Below are positions 26,512-37,210 of a DNA stretch of 38,456 nucleotides, piece by piece; the stretch's first letter is position 1; every line of letters begins with the position of its first letter. Under the pieces are notes generated by a model. That model was not told where the DNA came from. It made no database searches and saw only the letters and a program-made list of their open reading frames with translations. Source of the stretch: a virus; IMG/VR virus record IMGVR_UViG_3300045988_124250, one strand, 5' to 3'. The translations under genes were made by a program, and so were the position numbers.

Positions 26512-28104
26512 ATGAAGCATCAAAGTATTAAACTTGAAACGCCTTGTGAATTTATTAATGTAACTCCTATTAATCCTTTGATTTCTAAATGCCAAATTAA
26601 AGTTTGCTACGTTGGGGATGAACCAAATCGCAATCGAAGCATTATTTCTAAAGAAATTGCAAGGGAGATGGCTAACAGTCTCCCTGGCAGTCCTATTGTT
26701 GGTTTTTACAATGAATCTAATGGAGATTTTGAGGAACACAATAGAATTATTGACATTTCAAATGGTAAATTTGAAATGAAAGACACTACTAGACCTTATG
26801 GTTTTGTAGATTTAGGTGCCAAGGTTTGGTTTTAGAAATTTTTAGATGATGGCGTTAATGAACATGAATATCTTATGACTGAAGGATATTTATGGACCGG
26901 CCAATATCCAGAATGTAAGCGCATTGTTGAGTAGGGTAATAATCATTCTATGGAACTCGATGAAGGCACTTTAGATGGAACTTGGACGAAAGATAATAAT
27001 GGAAAGCCGTAGTTTTTCATTATTAATGAAGCAATTATTTCTAAACTTTGTATTTTAGGAGAAGAGTGTGAACCTTGCTTCGAAGGCTCCTCTATTACAA
27101 AGTTTTCTCTTTCATTTGATGATAGTTTTAAAAATGAACTATATTCAATGATGAATGAACTAAAAGAATTATTAAAAGAAGGAGGAGCAAAAGTGTTTAA
27201 TAGATACGCCGTGGAAATCGGAGATTCTCTATGGAGTGCTTTATGGGAGTATGTAAATAAAGCTTTCCCTGATGGCTCTAACAATTATTGCTCTAAGTAT
27301 CGTATTGATGGTGTTTTTGAAGATAATAGTCAAAAATTTGCTATTCTTCAAGACCGCGGAGATATGAAATATTATCGTTTAAACTTTTCTTTAAATGATT
27401 CTGATGGTCTTGTTCCTGGTGAAGGTTTAATTGAAGTGACTAAATCTTATAATCCAGCAGCAGAACCTCAATTTGCTTTAGAAGCGGTTGAAGCTTATGA
27501 AACCGAATTTAAGAAAAAGCAAGAAGAAGAAGAAGAAAATAAAAAGGCAAACGATGATAAGGGCGATAATTCTGACGACCCTGAGAAGAAAAAAGATGAT
27601 AATTCTTCTAAAAATAATGGTCAAAAGTCAGAAAATGAAGATGATGATCCTTCAAAAGATGATAAGGATGACAAGAAAAAGAAAAAGTATTCCTTGGATG
27701 AAATTGAAGAATATGTTAATTTAAAGGCACAGTATGAAGAGTTGCAAAATAAATTTAGTTTATTAGAGGCTGAAAATAAGACTCTAAGTGAGACTAATAC
27801 TTCTTTGATTGAGTTCAAAAATAGTATTGAGCGTAAGGATAAAGAAGCTATGATTCAATCATTCTATATGTTGTCTGATGATGATAAGAAAGATGTTATT
27901 GATAATATTGACAAGTATTCTGTTGATGATATTGAAGCAAAACTTTCTGTTATTTGCGTTCGCAACAAGGTTAATTTTAATCTTGATGATGATAATAATG
28001 ATAAAGGCCCAACTACCTATAATTTAAGCAATTTAGATAATGACAGTGATGCTGGAATGCCAGCTTGGGTCAAGGCTGTTCTAGAATCAGCCAATAAAAA
28101 CTAA
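26512..28104 (+). CDS. putative scaffolding protein (acidic low-complexity region plus coiled coil); 3 in-frame TAG
   Basis: AAGGAGG SD. Track fragments 26512..26835 and 27148..28104 are in the same frame. Contains KKKQEEEEENKKANDDKGDNSDDPEKKKDD... and LKAQYEELQNKFSLLEAENKTL. Confidence 0.5.
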
Positions 28105-28122
28105 TAAGGAGGACATACTTAA

Positions 28123-29055
28123 ATGTTTAAGGATTTTTTAAATTCTCATTTAGGCGTTGGTAAGAATCCACCTAAGTCACAGGCTAAGTATGTTGAGTTT
28201 GGTTATGGTCAGGTTGAGCCAAATCACCTGTCTGCACAAAGAACCGCTCAAATTTATGCTCAGTTGCCTGCTAACAAGGATATTAATATTCTTGAAAACG
28301 GTCAGTTTGTTAAGTACGATTACGCCGCTAATGATAATGGCATTGGTGAAGTGAATTTTACTGGCAAGGGCGAGTGGATGCTAGTTTACAATGAGATTAA
28401 GTTATATCGTGATCATCCTGATGGAACTAAGCAGTGGGATTGCGAATTTGCTATGCTAAAGGACGATTATCAGGCTCGTATTTATTCTCCATATGATTGG
28501 GAGCATACTGAGGTTGAGTATGGTGGACGTTTCTGGAATGGTGTTGATGAAACTGGTGCTGACCATAAGGTGCTTGAGCACACTGTTTCTTTAGACTAGG
28601 GCCTAAAGACCGTTACTATTGCTGGCGAAGTTTATGATGTTAAGGACAATAAGTTTACTTATAATGGTGTAGAGTATGAGATTGATCCTAAGACCAATCA
28701 AACTAAGACTCCTGTACCTGTAAAGTATGCTTATGATAAGGTTCTAACTGATGTCGCTGATATTTACGAAGAGCTAACTTGGACTAATGATCCATATAAG
28801 AAGCTTGGTGTATATCATGAGAAGCGCATGACTCCAGGTACCGCAATGGTTCCTCGTGTCTTTAAGACTAATGTTGGTGATCATTACACTACTAATATGA
28901 TTAATGAAGATAGTGTTTCTGTTGGTGACATTCTAGCTCCTGATGCCAAGGGTATTTTAGCTAAGGATGAGAGCCAGGATATGAAGTGGCAGGTTGTTAA
29001 GGTATATACTATGCCTGATGGACAACGTGGCGCTAAGATTCTACGTATTGCGTAA
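28123..29055 (+). CDS. hypothetical head protein; 1 in-frame TAG (28597-28599)
   Basis: Track ORFs 28123..28599 and 28828..29055 are in the same frame. Codon-by-codon read-through finds no TAA or TGA between them. AAGGAGG SD. TAA stop. Confidence 0.65.
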
Positions 29056-29072
29056 GAAAGGAGAGAAGAATA

Positions 29073-30179
29073 ATGTTAGATAGAAACAATTTAGTTGCTT
29101 TAATGAAGACTGTTGCTAAGGCTGATCCTTCTTCTCCTGTGGCTTACAGTTATAATGGTCAGAACCTTTCTTATGAGGCTCTGAATGATACTCTACGTAA
29201 TGAGATGAATGAGCTGGCTGGTACCAATGCTCTATATCGTGAAAATAAAAATCTGATTTTCTCAATGATTGAGGAAACTTTGGATGAAGTTCTTCCTAAG
29301 AAGGTTTCTCAGTCTTATGAGCAGTTTGCTGAAGTTAAGCAGTTTGCTCAGGGTGATAAGCCCATTTTCCGTCGTCCTCTAAATACACGCGCACGTGCTA
29401 AGCAGTTCGTAACTCGTGTTGGACTGGCTGGTATTTATGAAGTCTTCAAGCTGGGACCTGCTGAGAACGAGAGCTTTGAGGTTCGTACCTCTGCTATCGG
29501 TGGAGCTGCTCAAATTGGCTTCGAAGAGTTCTTAGATGGTCGTGTTGACTTCGCTGAAGTTACCAAGATTATTATGGATGGTATGGATGAACTGATTTAC
29601 AAGGAAGTTGCTTTAGCTTTGAAGTCTTCTATCAATCAGCTACCTCCTGCTAACCGTGTTGCTGCAGCAGGTTTCGATGAGGGTGCTATGGATCGTTTGA
29701 TTACCATCGCTTCTGCTTATGGTACTCCTACTATTTATTGTACTTATGAATTTGCTGTTCGTATGATTCCTAATGAAGCTTGGCGTTATACTGAAGCTAT
29801 GAAGACTGAGCTGTGGAATACTGGTCGTTTGGCTTCTTATAAGGGAACCAAGGTTGTTATTCTAGAGCAGGGCTTCGAGGATGAAAGTAATACCCGTAAG
29901 GTTATTGATCCTGGTTATGCTTGGATTATTCCTACTGGTGTTGATGGCAAGCCTGTAAAGATTGCTTTCGAGGGTGGCACTATTGTTGATGAATTCAGCA
30001 ATTATGATCGTTCTCGTGAGATTCAGGTTTATAAGAAGGTCGGCGTTGGTTGTATGTTGGCTAACAACATTTGCTCTTATGTTGATACTTCATTAATGGG
30101 TCAGATGTATACTTGGAACTATGATGGTGTAACTGGTAAGGTTGCTACCTATGATGGACGTCTAAGTGGACAAATTTGA
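29073..30179 (+). CDS. putative major capsid protein (368 aa), TAG-free
   Basis: GAAAGGAGAG SD. Sits between scaffold and connector genes and is followed by a strong hairpin plus T8 terminator. Higher GC content and preferred-codon usage. No TAG codon. Confidence 0.55.
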   Translation: MLDRNNLVALMKTVAKADPSSPVAYSYNGQNLSYEALNDTLRNEMNELAGTNALYRENKNLIFSMIEETLDEVLPKKVSQSYEQFAEVKQFAQGDKPIFRRPLNTRARAKQFVTRVGLAGIYEVFKLGPAENESFEVRTSAIGGAAQIGFEEFLDGRVDFAEVTKIIMDGMDELIYKEVALALKSSINQLPPANRVAAAGFDEGAMDRLITIASAYGTPTIYCTYEFAVRMIPNEAWRYTEAMKTELWNTGRLASYKGTKVVILEQGFEDESNTRKVIDPGYAWIIPTGVDGKPVKIAFEGGTIVDEFSNYDRSREIQVYKKVGVGCMLANNICSYVDTSLMGQMYTWNYDGVTGKVATYDGRLSGQI

Positions 30180-30206
30180 TTTAAACCTTAATATAGATTT
30201 CATTTA

Positions 30207-30248
30207 AGGGGAGAAGGGATTTACTCCCTCTCCCCTTATTTTTTTTAG
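30207..30248 (+). terminator. intrinsic terminator after the capsid gene
   Basis: GGGGAGAAGGGA-tttac-TCCCTCTCCCC followed by TTATTTTTTTT. Confidence 0.75.
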
Positions 30249-30267
30249 AGAAAAAGGAGATAATAAA

Positions 30268-30855
30268 ATGATTCGTTCTGAAGATATGTTTAATGTAAAA
30301 AATAGAAGTACTAGTGTTGTTGTATATAGAATTCCTGAGAGTAATTTGAGACGCGAGTGGGCGCCCGGTGAGGTAAAGCGCATTCCATTTGGGGAACTAG
30401 AAAAATTGACTTATCAACCTGGTGGACGTGAATTAATTGCTAATTTCTTACAGATTATGGAAAATGAAGTTACTGACGATTTAAATGTTCATCGTGAGCC
30501 TGAATATAATATGTCAGAAGAGCAAGTCCGTGATTTAATTCTTAACGGTTCTATTGACGCATTTTTAGATGCTCTTGATTTTGCTCCTATTGGAGTTATT
30601 GATTTAATTAAAACTATGTCTGTTCAATTGCCTATCACTGATATGGCTAAACGTGAAGCTTTAAAGGCTAAGACTGGTTTTGATGTAGATAAGGCTATCG
30701 AAAATGATCGCGCTAGTAAAGAAGATGATAAAAAGGAAACTATTGCAGATAAGCCAGCTGAAAGACGTGTTACAGAATCTGCTCCAGCAGGACGTCGTAC
30801 TTCTGGAAATGCTTATAAAGTAGTAAAGCAAACTGAAACTAAATCTGCTGAATAA
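30268..30855 (+). CDS. hypothetical head-associated protein (195 aa), TAG-free
   Basis: AAAAAGGAG SD. TAA stop. Confidence 0.55.
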   Translation: MIRSEDMFNVKNRSTSVVVYRIPESNLRREWAPGEVKRIPFGELEKLTYQPGGRELIANFLQIMENEVTDDLNVHREPEYNMSEEQVRDLILNGSIDAFLDALDFAPIGVIDLIKTMSVQLPITDMAKREALKAKTGFDVDKAIENDRASKEDDKKETIADKPAERRVTESAPAGRRTSGNAYKVVKQTETKSAE

Positions 30856-30876
30856 TAAATAAATAGGAGGCGTGTC

Positions 30877-31464
30877 ATGGGAACTAAATTCACTGATATT
30901 TATAATCGCTTCCTTGGGAAAATTACTGATGACCTTTATATTGAATTAACTCCAGAAGATACAATTAAAGATTTACGTGCAATACTTCTAAATATTTTAC
31001 CTGAATTTGAATTTCCTAGATTTGATATTTATGACTATACTATTGATTAGGAAATTAAATATGAAAATGAAATATTAGAAGATGATTTTGTAATTGGTCT
31101 TTTGTGGGAAGATGAAAAAGATGAAGAATCAGAAATCCGCCCTCCTCGTGTAATGATAGAACATTCATCTTTTGGAGCTGAATTAACACCGGAGGAAATT
31201 AATATTTTAGCTATATTGATGATGGTAAATTGGGTATAGCGCCAAGTTACTTCTATTGAACACACTCGTATGAAGTATAGTGGTTCAGATTTTAAAATGA
31301 CTTCATAGGCTAATCATTTACAAAAATTGATGTCTTTACTGAGTGAATGTTAGAGACAATCATTTCATATGCAACGTTTATATAAACGTCGTAAATTAGT
31401 AGAAGGGAAATACGAATCCAATTGGGGCGTATTTCATTATAAAAATTATCCTTATGATAACTAA
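30877..31464 (+). CDS. hypothetical structural (connector region) protein; 4 in-frame TAG
   Basis: AGGAGG SD. Read through codon by codon to TAA at 31462. Confidence 0.5.
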
Positions 31465-31492
31465 ATATCATACAGATATTTCCGATGAAGTC

Positions 31493-31753
31493 ATGGAAAA
31501 AAATATAGTAAGATTAACTAATCAACTGTGGAAATTAATCCCTATGAGAGAAAATGAAGAAGATTGGGATAAACAATTAAATACAGTTATTATTGAAATT
31601 GCGGGCTTAAATGAAATTTTTATTTAGGACCCGCGATTTTTATAGTTGCTTAGTAAATTAGAAGGATTAAATGTTTTAAATGATATTGAATTCTCAATTT
31701 ATAGAAAAACTGTATTTGAATGTATTAGTTTATTATAGGAGATTAGAAAGTAA
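31493..31753 (+). CDS. hypothetical small protein; 3 in-frame TAG
   Basis: Read-through ORF of 86 codons. Its stop overlaps the next start (TAATG). Confidence 0.4.
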
Positions 31754-32907
31754 TGCCAAAACGTCCAGAAAGAATGGAAAAATTATTACCTTATGGTTTA
31801 AATACTAATAAAAGTGTAAATCTTGTAGGGGCTCGTTTAGGTGATACAAGTATAAAAATTCCTTAGCCAGATTCAGTTGATGGTAGTTTAAATATGGCTA
31901 AACGATTAATGAGTGCGGGTGGTTTTGCCCAACAGTAGCGAATGATCAAAGATAAACGACATTCGTTAGATCAAGCCACTAAGTATTCTTATTAGGCGGC
32001 TTGGGTACGTAAATGTGCAGCTACAGAGGTAGAAACTAAATAGGAAAAAAATATTTTACCTCCAGTTAGAGCATTAATGAATCCTAATAAATTAAAATAG
32101 GATTATGATGATAAAGTTATTTCGATTGGATTTGAACATAAATTTAATTGCGGAGATGTATTTGAATGGTGTAATACTGGAACATATTGGTTAATTTATT
32201 TACAAGATTTAGATGAATTAGCTTATTTCCGCGGAGATGTTCGTAGATGTACTTATTAGATTCCATTTATGATGGATGATGAATTAAATGTAGTTTATGT
32301 GGCTAGTCGAGGCCCAGTAGAAACTAAAATTGATTATATTCAAAAACATACTACTAGTGTAGATAATCCAAATTATTCTTTAAATTTATTAATTCCTAAA
32401 AATGAAAAAACTTTGAAATTTTTTAAGCGTTATTAGAAGTTTTATATTTGGCCGGAAGATGGGTCAGTTTATGATACCTGCTGGAGAGTTGAAGCTGTAA
32501 ATAATATTAGCATGACTGGCGTTATTGAAGTAAACGCTGTTGAATATTATGCTAATGAATTTACTGATGATCGAGACGCAGGATTAGCTGATGTATTTAA
32601 AATACCCGATCCAATATTAAAACGTAAAATTATAGATGATAACAAAGATAATAATAAAATTTTAAATATTGTTGGTGAAACCTTTATTAAACCTAAAAAA
32701 GAATATGATTTTAATTTAAATATTAAAAATATTCGAGGGACTTGGAAAATTGAAGGTAATGATGTTCCTGTTCAAATTATTAGCGAAGGAACTAATGATA
32801 AAGGATTTGCAACAATTAAACTTAAATGGGATTCTACTTATAGTGGTTAGTTTGATTTAGTTTATGGAACTAGTCGAAAAACTATAGTAGTAGAATCATT
32901 GTTTTAA
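31753..32907 (+). CDS. hypothetical structural protein; ~8 in-frame TAG
   Basis: Track ORF 32512..32850 is the C-terminal fragment in the same frame. TAA at 32905. Confidence 0.5.
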
Positions 32908-32929
32908 TGAGTAAAAGGAGATTGAAAAC

Positions 32930-33532
32930 ATGAGAATAGACGGATATCATATTCCAAAATCAAGTTTTCTATCTATGGAAAAAGACACTGGGATTATTGT
33001 TAATGAAATATTAAAAAATAATCGTTTAAAAAAATTATTATATTATACCACTAGTGATGCTATGGAAAAACCTAATCTTACTGAAGATTAGTCTTTAAGT
33101 TTACTAGGGACTAATATTAAAATAGTTCCTAAATTATATGTTGATGGTTCTGTTTTAAATTATGTATTAATTAATTTTGATAATTTTATTCCCAGTGAAA
33201 ATCCAGAGTTTAGAGATAACACTATTCAATTTGATATTGTATGTCATTTTGATCAATGGAATTTAAGAGATTATGCATTGCGCCCATATAAAATTGCTGG
33301 AGAGATTGATTCAATGTTCAATTTGAAAAAATTGACTGGTATTGGTTATTTAGAATTTGTGGGTGCGACTTAGATTGTTTTAACCGATGAATTTGCTGGG
33401 TTATGTTTGATGTATCGCACTGTTCATGGTGGCGAAGATGAAAAATATATGCCAACTTATCCTGATAAAAATAGCGGCAAAATTAAAGAGGAACAATTTA
33501 TTAAAGAATTCAAGGATTACATTAGTAAATAA
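32930..33532 (+). CDS. hypothetical structural protein; 2 in-frame TAG
   Basis: AAAAGGAG SD. TAA at 33530. Confidence 0.5.
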
Positions 33533-34260
33533 TGGATTACCGCTTAAATTTAATTTGCGGAACTGATATGTTGATTCCTGAATGTAATTTAGTCGCTCAT
33601 CAACCAAGGATAAAAGAAATTTCATTTATTGGGGAATCTGATTTTTTTATTGGAGCATAGACCCTCTGTTTGCATAAAACAATGTTTATAGAGGACAAAA
33701 CTATTCTAGACAGTATCAATAATTTTTAGATATTTATGACGATAATGTTATAGGATGAAACAAAGGATAAAAAAGCTAACATTTTAAATGTTTTAAATTT
33801 ATTATTCCCATCATACAAAATAAATGTGACGCCGAATTCATTGTTATTTATGAAGGAAGGTGTTCCTCCAATTACAGTAGATGGAAATAATTTTGAAGCA
33901 TTACAAGAAGTGTTGCGTTTAATCTTTTGTATGCACAATGGCCCGATGGATTAGTAGGCTTTCAATCCTGCCAACGATAAGGCTCGTGAGATTGCTCAAA
34001 AGCTAATGCGAGGGAGACAGCGAGTTGCCGCCCAAAACGGTAATTCGAATGTAAGTGTTTTTAGTTAGTATATGTCAATCTTGACTATTGGATTGTGTTC
34101 AATGTCATTATAGGATTTGACAAATCTGACAATGTTCCAATTATATGATTTAATGGAGAGATATACGCTATATACTGCTTGGGACCTGGATGTACGCTAG
34201 CGTTTAGCTGGCGGTAAACCTGAAGGGACCCCGGATAATTGGATGAAAAACATTCATTAA
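33532..34260 (+). CDS. hypothetical protein; 9 in-frame TAG, including a TAG-TAG doublet
   Basis: The start overlaps the previous stop (TAATG). ...MHNGPMD-(TAG)(TAG)-AFNPANDKAREIAQKLMRGRQRVAAQNG... TAA at 34258. Confidence 0.4.
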
Positions 34261-34287
34261 TTAAAAATACAAGGAGGAAATAACACT

Positions 34288-35364
34288 ATGAAATTCGGTG
34301 TCCGCGAAATTTGTGATGTTGTATTAAAGGCTAAGTCAGCACAGAAAATCGGTAATAAGGTGTTCTATGCTGGTGAACCTGTTATTTATTTTGACACCCT
34401 GAAAACTTCTAGTTTAGAAGGTGCTGCTACCACTGTATATGCACAAGGTGGTCGTGGTAACTCTCGTTTGGTAGCATGGGAAGGTGAAAGAACTCTGACC
34501 TTCACTATGGAGGATGCTCTAATTTCTCCTGAAGGATTTATGATTCTTTCTGGTGCTGGCCTAATTGCTGCTAATGCCGATAAGCCAATCTATCAGCATA
34601 TTACTGAGACTGTTGATGCTAGTGATTCATTACGTTTCAAGTTTGATGCTACTGGATTTAAGTTTGCCGTTTATACTGAGAATAAGCCTTATCTACCTGG
34701 TAATGCTGGTGATAACTTTGCTTATGTAATGTTTATGAAGAATGGTGAAATTACTACTGAGCCTTATATTCCTGTTCATGAGGGTGATGATACTGCTATT
34801 GATAGTGAAGCTATGCCTGAGACTGTAACTGACCTAGATGGTAAAACCTACTATCGTGTAGCTGTTATGGATCATAAAATGTATGTTGGTTTAGCTTCTT
34901 ATGAAGATGAGCAGAATAAAGGACATAAATATGAGAGTGAAAGTGGCGACCCGGCTTACGATGTAGTCACTCTACCAAATCGTCTAAAGTTTGATTCTGT
35001 GCTAGTTGATTATTATACTGAGCGCAAGTCTGGTGCTACTCAGATGGAAATTACTGCTGATAAGTTTGGTGGCAACTATTATCTTGAGGCTTCTACTCTA
35101 TTCCGTGATACTAACGGTGTAGATATGCCTGCTGAATTCATTATTCCTAACTGCAAGATTCAGTCTAACTTCACCTTTACTATGGCTTCTTCTGGTGACC
35201 CAAGTACATTTACTTTCACCTTAGACGCATTCCCTGATTACACTCGTTTCGATCATAGTAAGAAAGTTTTGGCTGCAATTCAAGTAATTGAATATCTGGA
35301 TAATGATGACTTACATCGTCATAGTACAGTTCACCAGAAATCTCACGATAGTTATAATTGGTAA
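34288..35364 (+). CDS. putative major tail protein (358 aa), TAG-free
   Basis: AAGGAGG SD. Followed by a strong terminator. Lies upstream of the two chaperone-position genes and the tape measure. No TAG codon. Confidence 0.5.
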   Translation: MKFGVREICDVVLKAKSAQKIGNKVFYAGEPVIYFDTLKTSSLEGAATTVYAQGGRGNSRLVAWEGERTLTFTMEDALISPEGFMILSGAGLIAANADKPIYQHITETVDASDSLRFKFDATGFKFAVYTENKPYLPGNAGDNFAYVMFMKNGEITTEPYIPVHEGDDTAIDSEAMPETVTDLDGKTYYRVAVMDHKMYVGLASYEDEQNKGHKYESESGDPAYDVVTLPNRLKFDSVLVDYYTERKSGATQMEITADKFGGNYYLEASTLFRDTNGVDMPAEFIIPNCKIQSNFTFTMASSGDPSTFTFTLDAFPDYTRFDHSKKVLAAIQVIEYLDNDDLHRHSTVHQKSHDSYNW

Positions 35365-35383
35365 TTTAATTAAAAAATTTTAT

Positions 35384-35420
35384 GGGGAGAGGATTTATTC
35401 CTCTTCCCATTTTTTTATTT
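35384..35420 (+). terminator. intrinsic terminator, near-duplicate of the 30207 terminator
   Basis: GGGGAGAGGA-tttatt-CCTCTTCCC followed by ATTTTTTTATTTT. Confidence 0.75.
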
Positions 35421-35433
35421 TAGGAGAAAAAGA

Positions 35434-36525
35434 ATGGTTAATCAAGAAGGCATAGTTTTTGGAGGATATTTTTTATATGAAGCAGAATTTAAAAAAATCT
35501 TTCAAGAATTTTGGAATAGTGAATTAAAAAATATTTTTATTGAAAAAATATAGATTATAATTAAAAATTATCTAACTGAAGTAAATGGTAATATATTGGC
35601 AGCAAAAAATCCAAAAGCATTATATAATTCTTGGGAATAGATTAATACTGAAGTATTTGGAAATACTCCAGTTTCTTTATTGGGTATTTTAAAATGGGAT
35701 AAAGAATATCATTATACTTTTGTTAACAAAGAATCTGATTTAATAAATAGCTATACTTCTTAGAAAATACAAGTTAATAAGACATTAATGAAAGAATACC
35801 GAACAACTTTAAATACAATATATTAGAGTGATATTGAAATGGCATTAGAAAAACATTTTGAGGATATGAAAAATTCAATTAATAAAGTGAAATTAACTAA
35901 GGTAGAAGGGCATAATATACATTTAGCTTTAGGTAAATATTATAAAAATACAGAATGGTATAAACGAGTTCAAGATACACATATGACTAATAAGAGTTTA
36001 TTTGATATATTTTATAGTGGGAATAAAGTAGCTGCGCAAGGATAGATGTATGATGCTTTTATTAATCATATTAGTAGAAAACATGTAGAATATTTAAGAG
36101 CTTTAAATAATTTAGAAAATCCTATAATAGTTTCTCCATTCGAGAAATCGGTTTATAATGAAGAGGGGCGTTGGAATTTTATCCAATTAGTTATGGATTC
36201 TTTAAATTCGACGGCTTGGTATCGTGGAGGCGATGCTATTGCGGCGGATAATCGGACTCGTAAAATATTATTTAATATTTAGGTAAAATCAGGAACAAAA
36301 GGACGTAGTTGGGATATTGCTAGTATTTAGTTTTTAACTTTTATTAATACTTTAAATTCTTATTTAAATAAAACGGGTTAGGACATAGCGACATTTTTAT
36401 ATGAAAATTTAAAAATTACAATGGCGACATCTATTGATAGCAAAAAAATTGATGAAGATTTGGAAAAAGAAATTTTAGATAATGTAAGAAAAAATTTGAA
36501 ATTATCTGGGTTGACAATAAACTAA
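35434..36525 (+). CDS. hypothetical protein at the tail-assembly-chaperone position; ~8 in-frame TAG
   Basis: TAGGAG SD. Track fragments 35839..36045 and 36046..36282 are in the same frame. TAA at 36523. Confidence 0.45.
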
Positions 36526-36569
36526 TTTTTTAGTATAATATAAATAAGTGTAAAAGGAGGATTTTTGAA

Positions 36570-37094
36570 ATGGCAAAAGTATCATTTTCAAAGTTAAATT
36601 TAAATAAAAATACAGAAGTATCAACATTTGAATGGGGAGATTAGATTATTGAAGTTAAGGATTACCTTCCTATTGGAGATAAGTTAAATCTTATTTCAGA
36701 GATTATTAATGATTCTATTGATAAGAATGGTTATTATAACCCTGCTCGTGTATATCTTCATACTATTTTAAAAATGATTATGGCATATACAAATGTAAGT
36801 TTCACTGACAAGCAAAAAGAAGATCCAAAGAAATTATATGATTTAGTAGTAGGCTCTGGTTTTTCTGCTAAGGTGTTTGGAGAAATTAATCCAGGAGAAT
36901 ATGCACAAATTAAAAGTTGGGTCGCGGAAACTATTCATTCAATTTATGAGTATAAAAATTCTGCGGCAGGTATTTTAGATATTATTTCTACTGATTATAA
37001 AGATACAACATTTGATATGGAGCAATTAACTAATGATATTCAGAATCCTGAAACATTAGGATTGTTAAAAGATGTTTTGACCAAGTTGGGATAA
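36570..37094 (+). CDS. hypothetical protein at the tail-assembly-chaperone position; 1 in-frame TAG
   Basis: AAAAGGAGG SD. Track ORF 36774..37094 is the C-terminal part. Followed by a terminator. Confidence 0.5.
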
Positions 37095-37151
37095 TTAAAC
37101 TATTTAATTTTTTAAAATTAAATAGGAATAATCAAGTGTATGGGTGTGAGA

Positions 37152-37190
37152 AGATTATTTCTCACACCCATTTTTTTTTGTTTATATTAT
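37152..37190 (+). terminator. intrinsic terminator
   Basis: GGGTGTGAGAA-gattattt-CTCACACCC followed by ATTTTTTTTTG. Confidence 0.7.
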
Positions 37191-37210
37191 GAGAGAAAGG
37201 AGTCCCGTTT

